DNA from: Azolla caroliniana
Lineage: Eukaryota; Plantae; Polypodiophyta
Direction: 5' to 3'
NCBI GenBank assembly: GCA_043228905.1
Contig: JBHGNT010000008.1
Span: 6,262,001-6,326,000, forward strand
DNA: 64,000 nt
Position 1 is the first letter of the stretch. Each line of letters starts with the position of its first letter. Positions 24,104 through 37,300 of this stretch are shown piece by piece. The notes beneath the pieces are model-generated. The model searched no databases. It saw only the letters and a program-made list of their open reading frames with translations, and was not told the DNA's origin. The translations under genes and the position numbers were made by a program.

Positions 24104-24134
24104 ATCAGTTTGCGTCTTGTGGTACCCTTGATCG

Positions 24135-24512
24135 TGTTAGGAAACAGGTCCCTCCGGATGGGAAGTGAGAAGAACAGTGTTGATGGGCAAACTCGGCCTC
24201 GGCTGAAACCGGATGTGGTGGAACCGGGAACGGAAGACCCGGTGAGAACCGAATGGTGAGTACCCAGCAAGATCCGGATGGTGAAGGCCCGGTGAGAACC
24301 GAATGACGAGTACCCGACAAGATCCGGATGATGCAGACCCAGTGAGGAGTGCTCACCGGATGAAGGGACATATTTGTAAATATGTTTCTGAGAGTCCTTT
24401 GGGGCTATATTTGTAAATAACCGAAAAGTCATATTAGTATAAATATGACTTAGGGCAAACTTAGTGTTGTGTTGTTATTATTCTTGTTGGCGCAAGATTA
24501 GAGCGCAACAGT

Positions 24513-24558
<46 letters not shown>

Positions 24559-24845
24559 AGAGAGAAAGAGACGAAGAGTTCGTATCTCTATTGTAACCGC
24601 CGCCTGTGGCGAAGACAGTGAACAAGAGGTCGTTGCCTCTGTGTTCATCCATTGTATATTGTTACATAGTGATAGTTAGCAGTCAGTGGACTGCTGTGGT
24701 TTTTCCCTGTGTTTGGGTTTTCCACGTAAACATCCTGTGTACTCCTCTCTCCATTGTGTCATGCATTCATTCCCCGTTTTCTGTGTTTGATCCTAGACTC
24801 GGTTGTGGCCGAGCGTTGTGCTTACGGAGCATGTAGTTCCTATCA
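24135..24845 (+). repeat. Solo LTR D of a Copia family related to B and C
   Basis: TGTTAGG...CCTATCA, 711 bp, TSD GATCG at 24130-24134 and 24846-24850. Shares promoter and GTGGTTTTTCCC...GGGTTTTCCACGT motifs with the C and B LTRs. Contains an (AC)n tract. Confidence 0.93.
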
Positions 24846-27778
24846 GATCGGTCATGAAGGAGTCGAACTTCCGGTACCATTGTCGGGGAGCCTTCTTCAA
24901 CTCGTAGAGGCTCTTTTTTAACCGGAAAACTAGGTGCTCCTTCCCTTTCTTCACAAATCCCTCTGGTTTCTGCATGTAGATCTCCTCTTCGAGGTCGTCG
25001 TGGAGGAACGCCATCTTCACGTCTAACTGATCTACCTGGAGGTCCATGGTTGCCACTATGCTCAGCATCGTCCAGATGGAAGTCATCTTTACTACCGGGG
25101 CAAATATCTCGTTGAAGTCCATGCCCTTCTTCTGCTGGAACCCCTTCACCACGATCCTGGCTTTGTACCTTGGAGGGTTGCCGACATCTCCCGGTTTCAA
25201 CTTGTACACCCACTTGTTTCGGAGTGCCCTCTTTCCTTTCGGCAACTCCACCAATTCATATGTGTGGTTCTCATACAGGGCATCCATCTCGTCCTGCATG
25301 GCACTCAACCACTTGCGGCTATGGGTGTCACCGTTCGCTTCTTCAAAGCTTTCCGGCTCCCCCTCGTTGGTCAACAACACATGCTCTGCATTCGGAAATC
25401 TTCGGGGGGCCCTTCTCTCCCTGAGAGGATATCTCCATCTTTGACGTTCAGCAACCAGCTCCTCTATTTGTTCTTCATCCAAATCCAATTCGGGGTCTTG
25501 GCCGGTTCCGGTTTCAGCTTCCTCTACTTCTTCTTCTGTCGGTTCAGTATCCTCACCGTAACCGGCTGGTTCTTTGACTGTCAATTGGCTCTTAGCCGGG
25601 TGGGTCCGAATCTCATCAGAGTTCATTATCTTCTTCTCTGACTCCCAGTCGGCAAGAGTCTTGTCCTCCATGAAGATAATGTCTCGGCTCCAGAAAACCT
25701 TCTTGTCAACCGGATCCCACACTCAGTAGCCGAACTCATCATCGTCGTATCCGAGGAATATGCATGGCTGGGTCTTTGGATCCAACTTTCCTCTCCTGTC
25801 CTTAGCAACATGCACGTACGTGAGACACGTCCGGTTTCTCTTTCCACTCTTGCGTGGAGCTCCTTGAAGACAGATAACACTTGATCCTTCGTCTTCAACG
25901 GTGTGGTTCTGTGGTTATCTATGAACGTCACGAAGTACTACGCTCCGGCATGGGACTTTGTGTCCATTTGACACACATCGGTATGCACCAACTCCAATGG
26001 TGAATTATGTCTCATCGGTGGTCTTGATTGGAAGGAGGTCCGATTTTGCTTACCGGCTACACAGTCGGTGCACCTCTCAAGATGCACGTTCTTCACCGGA
26101 ATGAGATTGTCATCGGCAAGCCTCTTCATCCCCTTCACACTCATGTGATATAGTCTCTTGTGCCACAGCTCACAAGTAGTGTTGTAAGCCACGTTCACTT
26201 CTTCCGGGCATAACCGGGCATTCATCAGGTACAACGTGTTGACCTTTCGGGCCCGAGCCACTAGCAGGCTCCCTTTGCTGAATCTCATAACTCCATTTCG
26301 GATGCTACCCGTGTAGCCTTCATCATCTAGCCGACCGATTGATATCAGGTTCAGTCGAACCTCTGGAACGTGTCGGACATCCTTCAACAACATCTTGCCA
26401 CACGTCTCCTATGCCGACAATTCGGCATGTACCTTCATTCCCCATCTGGACACAGCCGTGATCACCAGCTGTGTAGGATGAGAAGCATTTTCGGTCTGGT
26501 GTAAGGTGGAACGACACTCCGGAATCGAGAACCCACGTTGTCTCGTTGCCGGCAAGGTTCAACTCACTTTCCTCGGTGATGAGCATCAACTCTTCTTCAT
26601 TTGCCGCGATTGCCGTCGTTCCCTTCCGGTTCGGTCCCCTCCGGTCTTTACCGTTCCGGTGCGGTGTCCGCTTCGAATCGGTACCGTCAGTTTCCTTGTC
26701 TTTTCGGAAGTGCCGACAGTTCTTCCGGAAGTGTCCCGGCTTGCCGCAATAGAAGCAAGTAGGCCTCCCCCTTGACTTTGATCGTGTCCCCGACTTTTCC
26801 CGGTTCTGGGGACAACGGTTCCTTTGTCTTCCCCGTTTTGATTGGGTAAGGAGTGATTTGGAGTCGGAGCTCGCATCCTTGTCTTTCCGACGCGCCTCCT
26901 CATCTAGCAAGCTTGACTTCACTCTTGCTAGGGATAACCGTTTCCCTTCCGGCCCGGCGTTGCCCAAAGTGACAACCAATGTCTCCCAGCTATATGGGAG
27001 GGAACCCAGCAGGAGTAGTGCTAGTACCTCATCGGCGAGAGGTACTTCCAATGATGTTGCCTGGTGGATCAGCCCCTGGAAGGCATTCATGTGTTCCGCC
27101 ATGCTGGAGCCATCTTGGTACCGGAGTCTTACTAGCTTTCGAAATACCGAAACCTGATTAACAACATTTTTGTTCTGAAACATAATGTCGATAATCTCCC
27201 ACAGCTCATGAGCCCTGCTCTCTTCATTGAAGTCGTTGTATAGGCTCATGTCGATGAAGCACCGTATGTACGTCGTTATCTTCATGTGCATCACCTCCCA
27301 TATCGTGGCATCGTTTTTGTCCGGTCTCCTGTCCCCGAATTGAACCGACAACCAAAGATCTTTAACCACGAGCATGTCCCTCATCTTCGACTTCCACACT
27401 GAGTAGTTGGAGCTTGTGAGCTTGAATATGCTTCCCAACGAATCGTCCATTTTTCTGTGTCGTTTCGCTCTGATACCAGTTGGACGAGAATTATGCGGAA
27501 TAATCTCCGACCACAACTAGAGTGTAGATCACTTGATGACAATCAGACACAGAGGAAATGGGAATGGAGGTAAGTGCACAAAACAGAAAGAGAATACACA
27601 GGATATTAACGTGGAAAACCCTGAGAGGGAAAAACCACGAGAGTCCACAGACTCCAAACTATCACTATGTCGAGTAATACAACAGGGAGCACAGAGGCAA
27701 CGACCTCTTGCTCACAATCTTCGCCTAGCGGCGGTTACAATAGAGACACGATCTCTGTATATCGCTCTCTCTCTCTCT

Positions 27779-30700
27779 GTAAGTTCACTCCGTCCATCGT
27801 TTTCTACGTTCTATAGCTCGTTGGAAAGCTCTTTGAGAGAGCTTTCTAAAGAATGTTCATTTACTGAATTCCGTTACCGTGGCAAGAAGTTATGAGCATT
27901 TTCATCCGCAACCACTTTGCCCCACGGTTCCTCAAACGGAAGGTAGATTTTGAAGCCCTAAATCGAGTGAAAGGTACATTCTCTCTCCTTCCCTCTTTGT
28001 CTGTCTTTTCCCATACGGTTTGTCCCTACAATGGCAAATACTCGTAAAACCGCCGCAAAGTTTGGGGGTATGATTGATAATGAGCCGAGATCACCAACAA
28101 ATCTTGATTCTAATGCAATGGACAAAATGCTTATGAGTCACTTGATTTCTCTTCAAGAAACCATAAACAAGCAAGGTGAAGAGATTAGGATGTTAATGAA
28201 AGAGAATACTAAGCTCCAAAGTGGTGTCATTGAGAATGAAAGTCTTAAACAAGTGGTTGCAAAACTTCAAGAAGAGATTCAAGAATGTAAAAGAGCTTCA
28301 TTTGAAACAAATGAGCGCCTTAACAAGATTGAGTTAAAGGAAGCATTAAAAGAAGAAAAATTGGACACGATGAGGCGGGATGTAAGTGAGATGAAAAATG
28401 TATGTACAACAAAGTCATAGGCCGATGCATGTGGTGGGGATGTGTTATCAAACTCATCTAATATGCATGTGATGCATCAAGAGAAGGATATAGAAAGCAT
28501 AGATGTCCGAGAATTGAAAGAACGCGAACGACGATCAAAGAACATTGTCGTCCGTGGGATTAAAGAAGAGAGTATGGAAACACCCGCATCCCTTGGAAAG
28601 GCCATTGGTGAATTTTTTAGCATGCATTATGGGATGTCAGATGTGAATGTATATGGGGCACACCAAGTTGGAAAACATGGTGTTACTCGCTCCGGAGAAA
28701 GGCCTATTGTATGCACAATGACAGATGATACAAAGCGGCGGATCATACTCGAAAATAGTTGGGTATACCTCAAAGGTACACAATGCTTTGTGAGTGAAGA
28801 TCATACTATATCACAACAAAATGCTCGTCGTAAAGCATATGAAGAAAGATTGAAAAACAAGGTTAAGGATGTGCCTAAAGATGGAAATGTAGGCAAATAG
28901 GGACACGTGATCTATGAGACTAACCCACGCCTTTTACGACTATGCTTTTGGAATTGCGATGGATACCCATGGAATGCGGGATTTGGCATAGAGGAGTTCA
29001 CCAATGACTCGGATATCACACTTCTTGTTGAAACATGGGAGCATGATACTCAAAGGATTCAAGGTTTAGGAAACTATAATGTACACTCTTTGATATGGAA
29101 GAAAAATCCAAGACAAAGAAGAGGACAAGGAGGGGTGGCATGTTTGACTAAGAAGGAAATAGGTGTCAATCATAAAAAATGATGAAAATAAATGCTACAT
29201 ATGGCTCAAAATAGAAACACCTAATGATTTGCCCACTTTTGTTGTTGGATGTTACATTCCTCATCAAGATTCTAACTTTTATGCTTGTTTGGATAAAGAT
29301 CAACCGTTTGCCAATCTAGAAGATGATATTGCTTATTTCAAATCCAAACGGGAAGTTATTGTCTTTGGTGACATGAATGCTCGTACAAGAAGTTTCCAAC
29401 TTGATTCACAAGAATCTTTCATGCTACATATCTCAAGGATGCAAGAGGATATGCAAATGTATAACCGCTCTTCTAGCAATGAAAAAGATCCGGACCAATT
29501 TGGGAAGTTACTCCTACAAATGTGCAATAGTACCAGATTGCTTATTGCAAATGGTATTTCCTTAGGGTTACCAAGTTTGGAAAGGAAGAATGTGTTGAAG
29601 AAGTTGCCATTGGGAATGCTGTGATTATGCTTTTGCTATATGCAGATGACGTAGTGCATTTTGCAAATACTTTAGGAGATGCACAAAAGCTTATGAAGGC
29701 ATTGGAAAAATTTTGCATGCATACTAAATTAAGTGTCAATAGCTCTAAAACAAAGATTATGCTTGTGAAGAGCCAAAAAAGAGATAAACCATGCATTATG
29801 TACAACAATGAGCCACTTGAATGTGTGGAAAGCTTCAAATATCTTGGCCTTGAAGTTCCTTCAAATCATAGATGGAATGAATGTGCTACACGCCGCTTAG
29901 AGGCGGGCAAACGAGCATACTATGCATTTGAGAACACATGCAATCTTAGAGATATTAAGTGTTGGGTCCTCAAGAAATATCTTTTCGACACTTTGGTGAC
30001 ACCAGTTCTTCTCTATGGGGTGGAAGTATGGGGCGGTAGCATCCCTAAGTCTATGTGGAAAGAGTTTGAAAATGTCCAAAAGCATTTTCTTACCAAGTTT
30101 CTACAAGTTAAGAAACAAACGCCCTACACCCTCCTCCTCCTTGAGACGGGATCGCTTCCCATTGAGATCATGACCATGGAAAGGGTTGTTGAATACATGG
30201 TTAAGGTTCAAAAAAGTTCCTCATATCGACTTCCTAGAATTGCGTGGGAAGCAAGCAAAAAGATCCAAAAGATGCATAAAAGCAAAATTTTGTGTTCCGG
30301 TTGGATGCAAGATATAGAAAAATGGTTTGGTAGATGGGATGCGAGACACTTGCTTCATGATGCATCATTAGATTCCTCTGTAAATGAGGCATTTTTGCAA
30401 CGCCAATGTATCATGACATGGGACAAAGGTGGAGGTTCACGCTTCACACATTATACTACACATGTTGCACCTAACTACAAAACCATATTCTTTGCGGAAC
30501 GGGGAAATCGTACACATCCATACATGTTAGAGCCCATACCGTTATCTGCCATTCGAACCATTGCTTCCATGCGACTTAGCTCACATGCATTGCGATGTGA
30601 AACAGGGCGTTGGGGTACAAGTGATGAGAGTGGTCGGCTATGCACACTTTGCCCTAAACAAGTTCGCGAGTCTGAGTATCACACTTTGATACAATGCTCT

Positions 30701-30928
30701 GCCTTTGATCATATTCGACCATGCTTTCCACACCTCTTCGATCGAGCCCAATCTTTGCATGAATTCCTCTCACAACCAGAATGTGCACTCTCGATTGCAA
30801 CATTCATTGGTAAAGTTCTTGAACATCGAGAGTCACTACTCACTTTCACACGTATCACGTGAAATGTAATATTTTTGGTCTCATAGGTCATATTTGATCT
30901 CCGAAGACGATAATATAATCTATCTATC
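27779..30928 (+). mobile_element. Non-LTR retrotransposon (RTE-X-like LINE), 5' end apparently intact, RT core internally deleted
   Basis: ORF1 28031-28900 (coiled coil, ERERRSKNIVVRG, one stop). ORF2 has AP endonuclease (CFWNC, VETW, GGVA, GDMNAR), jumps to LLYADD, and ends with SHALRCETGRW...CTLC...H...C. Short (CTAT)n tail. Inserted in the (CT)n tract of the B 5' LTR. Confidence 0.88.
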
Positions 30929-33199
30929 TCTCTTACGCATTGTACAGGAGTTACACCAATAAATCTACAATATACATTGAGTTTGCCCTAGGTCATATTT
31001 ACACTAAAATGACTTCTGGGCTACTTACAAATATAGCCCCAGTGGGCTCTCTGGAACATATTTACAGATATGTCCCTTCATCCGGTGAGAGGTTCTCACC
31101 AAGCCTGCAACATCCGGTTCTCATCGGGTTTTCCTTGCCGGGTACTCGTCATCCGGTTCTGGGTACTCCACATCCGGTTCTCACAGGGTCTTCCGATGCC
31201 GGGCCTTCACATCCCATCTAGAGGGATTGATATCGTAACACATCCTCCTATCTCTACGTCCTTGCACAATAATCTGACCCTCTTCCTCGATGAAGCACCC
31301 AAGGTGCGTAAACTGCACCTGCATCCCCTGGTCAACGATCTGACCGACTGACACCAGGTTCTTCGTGATAGTCGGAACGTGTAATACGTTCATCAGCTTC
31401 CCTTTCTGTCCAACGTGGCTCAAAGGGACTTCTCCGATATGCACGATTGGGTGAGGAGTGCCGTCTCCGGTTTCGACGACTCCTTGTTGTTCCGGTTTCT
31501 CCAAGAAGGAGAACCACTCTTTGTGGCTCGTCATGTGATTCGACGCACCGGAATCAACGTACCACAGTTCCTCCGATTTGGAAGTGGTCTTCTTCATTGA
31601 GTTAGCCTCGTGTTTCATCACCAAGGCGGCCCTTTACCGGCTTTTCCAGTTTTGGATCCTCTTGATCCTTCTGCGTAGTGCGAGTATTGCCCGTTCTCTC
31701 TACCGGCTTTGCTGGATCCGGATCTGTCCGAATCGGCGCGCTTCTTCCAGCACTCACTTTCTTTGTGGCCCTTTTTACCATAGTACCAACATTCAGTGTC
31801 GGCTTTTGCTTGCCGGCCTCCAGCGCCCCCTTGACTCCCCCTGCTTGTGGAGGGTTTGGATTTGCTGTCGACACGTTCTCTGTGCCTTTGGTTTTGCTCT
31901 TGCCGGTTGCTACCATTGCGAGCCGACCCGCCTCGTCCACCACACCCACGGGGCCGATCTGCCTCTGTGTACAACATCCGGTTGTCGGTGGCTGCACTTG
32001 TTGACACACCGCCGTGGTTCTCCTCCACAAGGAGCATCGACTGTAAGTCGAAAAATGACGACGTATTCTCCCTTGTACACACAGCAGTTCGGAACACTCC
32101 GAATTTTGACGCCAAACCTCCGAGACAAATTTGCACCATATCGGCTTCTTCGATATTCACATCGATGGGTCGCAAATGTCCTTGATTTTGGAGGTGTAGT
32201 CTGCCACTGACAAGTCACGTTGTCGTAGGTTGCTAAGCTCATGGCGGAGTTGAAGCTTCCTGGATGTAGTGCTTGCGGCGAAAATCTTCTTCAGATTTCC
32301 CCAAGCATCTTTCGGCGTTTTTGCATCCCAAATGTAGCTTAGGAGTTGTTCGCCCACACAGGACGCGAAGCAATACAGTCCTCTGCTCGCCGACTGTTCC
32401 CACACCGGGAAATGTCTGTGTGTCGGTTCGGGTGTTGTGTCATTTGCTCCGTCGACATAGCTCCAGTAATTGTGCCCGAGCAGGAACTAGTGCATCTTGT
32501 AGGACCAAGATGCGTAGTTGTTTCTGTCGAGCTAGCCATTCCTCTATCCATCGGTTTTTACCCGTTTTTTTTGGTTGGTTTTCTTTTCAAGCTATGTCGG
32601 CTGCAGAGGTTCTCAACCCTCGCGCTCTAATACCATGTAAAAACGAATAGCGCGTGCGGAAGTAATAGAAAACCAAACATAGAAACATAGTTTTAATGGA
32701 GAGCTTGACAGTATGCGGGAGAGACAGAGAAAGAGCAGAAGAAGTTAAATCTATTACCAAACAATAATAGTTCTCTGTACATAGAATGTGCTCAACAACA
32801 CTATTTATACAAGTCCTAAGAGGACTGACAGAAGTATGGTGTACTTCAATGCTCATACGAGCGTCTGGCACTAACTATGAGACATTAACTACCTAGTAGT
32901 CTAGGCTGCTACTAGGCTTCCGATTATTGTTGGATCCGGCTAACCAGCTCCCCAACTCACCGGCTCACCAATCCAGCTCATCCTTCCGGATGCCGATCTG
33001 GCTTAGGCTTATTCAATCGATCCGGATCTGGTTGAGCTTGCCGCTCAACAACTACCAATGATATTTTATTTATCTATTGATGTGAATGACTTATTATGAT
33101 TATTATATTTTAAAGTAGTATGAGTTGTTTTGAGGGATAACGATATTTATATTTGTGAACGTGAGTGTTTGCGGAAGCGTAAAACAGAGAACAACACAC

Positions 33200-33230
<31 letters not shown>

Positions 33231-33568
33231 CAGAGACAGAGAGAGCAGAACACAATTTCAAAATTATATCAAGACTCTGTACACACACTGTGCTAAGTAG
33301 CACTATTTATACAAGTCCTCTTGGGACTGACACAAGTACCATGTAATTCAATGCTCACACGAGCATCTGACACTTACTACGAGACTATAGCTACCTAGTA
33401 GTCTATCCTATACTAGGCTTCCGATTGGACTTCCTGTTACGGATTGCACCCGGCCTCCACTGCTTGCCGGTTCGGTTGCTCACCATCATACTGATCCATT
33501 TCGCCCGATCCGTCTCGCTTACCGGCTCCGGGTTATTCAGCCGATCCGACTCCGGTTGAGCTTGCTGC

Positions 33569-34312
33569 TCAACACTCCCCCTCAAGCTCAACCTGAGGTG
33601 GGGTCATAGTGTCGACCTCTATGGTAGTCGGTTCTTCCAACTGACTTCTCCTGGCGTCACTCCGCCTTGCTCGCGCTCCTCGTCCGGTCCGGTCCCGTTT
33701 GCCGCGACCCCTTTGGTTCTGCGTGCCTCGACCCTCTCGGTTGGCATGTCTGCTCAATAGGCCCATCTCAGCACTCACGTTGTTGTGACTCTAGCGCTTG
33801 CCGATCCGTCAGTTCTCCCATGATGGCATCGACTTCCGCTGTGTCCGTGTCCCCTTGGCCTTCAGTCGATCCAACTCATCCGGATCCATCTGTTGGTCCG
33901 AGTCAGCTGTCTCCGACTCGTTCCAGCTCTTGTCCGAATCGGTACACTCCGATTCGACTTCCGGCTTCATGCCTCTCACCACATCGGACCACTTCCGAGT
34001 CTTGGCCTTCTCCATGCTTCCCTCGGCTTCTTCAGCCGGTGAACCGAAATCAAATTCTTCATTCGACTCCGCATCATGGTCAGTACCGTCGTGATGACCT
34101 CCGCACAGCATGCACTTCTCTTCCTGAGTGCACAACTCTTCTTCACAGCCGCTTGCTCCGACCTGTTCGGATGTGTCAACTTCCTTCATCGACTCGGCTT
34201 CCTTCAGCTTCTTGTCTCCTCTTCTTCTGGCTCTCCTCTTACCGACAGGTTCAACAGTTTTTTGGCCTTTGCCCGTTTCGGAGAGACTTTGCCCTTGCTT
34301 CTCCCCCTCAAG
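33569..34312 (-). pseudogene. Extra ORF downstream of and overlapping the end of A1 pol (~245 codons, one internal stop)
   Basis: ORFs 33809-34189 and 33569-33778 share one frame that is open from the internal PPT copy at 34301-34312. Highly charged product with CMLCGGHH. Confidence 0.55.
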
Positions 34313-37300
34313 TGCGGCACGTCGAGATGTTGAATACCAAGCATGTCGGTAAAGTGCTACAACTTGTCCGATCCGAGCGGCTTGGTGAAGATGTTGGCAA
34401 CTTGCCGATCCGTATGAACATACCGGAGGTCAACTTCACCGCTCAGGACCCGCTCACGCACGAAGTGGTAGTGCACCTCGATGTGCTTTGTGCGAGCATG
34501 GAACACAGGGTTCCTGGCGAGCTACAGGCTACTCCTGTTATCGCAGTAAATCGGGATCGGGGTCGGTACCACAATCCGCAAGTCTCGCAGTAGTCACTGA
34601 AGCAAGACGGCTTCACAAGTGGCAACGGTAGCGGCCCGGTACTCAGACTCAGTGCTTGACAAAGCCACTGTGGGCTGCTTCTTGCTGCTCCACGCAACGG
34701 CCGCGCTACCTATGGAGAACATGTATCCGGAAGTGGAGCGGCGATCAGACGCATCGCCGGCCCAGTCAGCATCTGTGTAACCGACAAGCTCTTCGGGTAT
34801 ACCTCGACGGTATAGCAGTCCCCGGTCCTTAGTGCCGCTGACATACCGTAATATTCGTTGCGCGCACTGAAGGTGCTCCACGGTCGGCTTCTGCATGAAC
34901 TGACTTACCATGCCGACCGGATAGCTGATGTCGGGTCGGGTGATGGTTAAGTAGATCAGGCTTCCGACAACCTATCGGAACCGTTTCTCATTGCAGATCG
35001 GTCCGGAGTTGGGACGGAGCTTCTGGTTCCGGTCCAGGGGTGTGGAGATAGGTCGGCAATCCGTCATGCCGAACTTATATAGCATATTCAACACGTAATG
35101 TCGTTGTGAGAGCAATATGCCGTCGGGGGTCGGGATCACTTCGATCCCAAGAAAATAATGAAGGTCCCCCAGGTCCTTCATTTCGAATGCGTCCGACAAC
35201 TGGGACTTGACGCGGTTGATTTCGGGAAGACCCGGTCCGGTGATGACTAAATCATCCACATACAAGAGTATACATACCGGACCGTCAGAGCCTTGCCGGA
35301 TGAATAACGAAGAGTCCGACTTAGAGACAACAAACCCCAGCTTACGCAACCGGTGTGTGATCTTCGCGTTCCAAGCTCGGGGGGCTTGCTTCAAGCCGTA
35401 AAGCGACTTCTTCAGTCGGCATACCGCTGACTTGTTCATCTCCAATTGAAATCCGGGGGGCTGAGTCATAAAGACTTCTTCTTCAAGCTCTCCTTGAAGG
35501 AAGGCGTTCTTCACATCCATCTGGTGAAGATGCCACCCCCTTGCCGCAGCAACCGCCAGTACCACACGAACCGTTGTCATCTTCGCCACAGGAGTGAAGG
35601 TCTCGTCATAGTCGATTCCGTGGGTCTGCGCGTATCCCTTCGCCACTAACCGGGCTTTGTACCGGTTAACAGAACCGTCAACGTTGTACTTGACCTTGTA
35701 CACCCACTTGCATCCGATCGGTTTACAGTGACGGGGAGGATCAACTAGGTCCCAAGTTTCGTTGGCATCGAGTGCCCGCATTTCTTCGTCCATAGCGGCA
35801 CGTCAATTTGCGTCTGTTGCCGCTTCTGCGTAGCTCTCCGGCTCACGCACTTCTGTCACCTTAGTCATGTACGCATAATGATGCGCCATGTATTCATTGT
35901 ACCCGTACCGCATGATGGGATCCTTCTGGCGGGTTGATCGGCGCAACGCACCGTCACCTGATTTGAGGCCCTTCTTGGCCAGTTCGGTCTTCATTGCCGA
36001 AGATCCGCCTTTCTCCTTTCTGGAGGCGGATACGCACCGATCCGACTCATCGTTGCCGGTTTTGAATTCTGGCATCTTCCTCTTCCCCTTCTCTTTGCGC
36101 GTGAACCGTTTCCTCGGTTCCTTGCGCAGGGAGAGCACAGCAGAGTCTCCACCACTTGCCGTCTCTTCATCCGATTGGTCCAACCGACTCAGTCGATCGT
36201 TCGGTCCACTCAACCGTAACGATTCCGAACTCTCATCTTGACTCCCAGCTTCATCATCCTCTGCCAGGGCTGATTCAGGCTCACTGGCCTGATCTTCTGG
36301 CATTGGGTCGGGATTGGAAGTCGGAGTTGGTACGGAGTACCGGGATGCCGATTCATCGAACTCGACATCCCGGCTAACTCGGACTTCCTTCGTCCGGGGG
36401 TTATAGCACTTATACCCCTTTTGCTCTTGAGCATAGCCGACTAGGATGCATTTTTCCGATTTTGCATCCAACTTTCTCCGCTTCTGATCTGGCACATGCA
36501 CATACGCTATGCTGCCGAATATCCGAAGGTGTCTTAAGTTCGGCTTGCGCCCGAAATACAACTCATGAGCTGACACCTTGTCACCAATGCGGTTTTGTAT
36601 GTAAACGGCCGTCTGGACCGCCTCCGCCCAGTAGAACCGGGGCATGCTCTTTTCCTCCAGCATTGCCCTTGCCGCTTCGACGAGTGTCCAGTTCTTCCTT
36701 TCAGCCACACCGTTTTGCTCCGGTGTGTATCTGCAGCTGAACTCTCGCCGAATTCCCTTCTGCTGCAGATAACTAGTGAATTGGCCGGAAAAATATTCCT
36801 TTCCGCCATCCGACCGAAGGCATTTGATCTTCCTCTCCGATTCCCGTTCCACCATCTTCTGGAGGCTCCGGAAACAGTCGAAGACTTCGCTCTTCCGCTC
36901 AATGAGGTAGATCCAAGTATGTCGAGTATAGTCATCGATGAAGGAGACGAAGTACCGACTCCCGCCAAGGCTTACACTTTGTGCCGGTCCCCACACATCC
37001 GAATGGATGAGATCGAGCTTGTTACGGCTCCGGTTCCGTTCGGTGGGGAATGGAAGCCGGTGTTGCTTCCCAAGTTGGCAGGCTTCACAAATTTCGGCTC
37101 TCCGGCCGCTGAACTTCGGCAAACCGACAACGACTTGTTTTGTTTGCAGGTCTTGAAGCCTCTGGTAGTTGACGTGGCCTATCCGCTTGTGCCACAGGTC
37201 GATGTCCGACTCGACCTTCTGTCGATTCGCGAATAGAGCGGTGCCAAAGTCATTGGTGTTGAGGATAAACATCCTCCCATCTCTGCGCCCTTGCGCAATG

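Larger units (their letters stand above)
16673..31240 (-). mobile_element. Copia B, full length but degenerate, carrying four nested insertions
   Basis: TSD CATCC at 16668-16672 and 31241-31245. 3' LTR 16673-17316, PPT 17317-17327, PBS TGGTATCAGAGC at 27467-27478, 5' LTR ~27482-31240 split by a LINE. gag-PR-IN-RT-RH fragments at 24846-27450 and 17787-18811, with an integrase deletion near 25830. Confidence 0.93.
14490..33050 (-). mobile_element. Copia A2: 5' LTR 32636-33050, coding parts 31241-32560 and 14490-16672, 3' end deleted, split by Copia B
   Basis: PBS TGGTATTAGAGC (32624-32635, tRNA-iMet type). gag knuckle, WYVDSGAS, integrase and RT (YVDDL) on the minus strand. The two halves rejoin across TSD CATCC. 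Collinear with A1. Confidence 0.9.

Noticed and set aside
28031-28900. Host coiled-coil gene
   Set aside because: Position and motifs identify it as LINE ORF1 directly upstream of the endonuclease ORF.
33667-34593. 308-aa plus-strand ORF and the many other antisense ORFs over Copia/Gypsy pol
   Set aside because: These are shadow frames of GC-rich retroelement coding sequence with no recognisable motifs.
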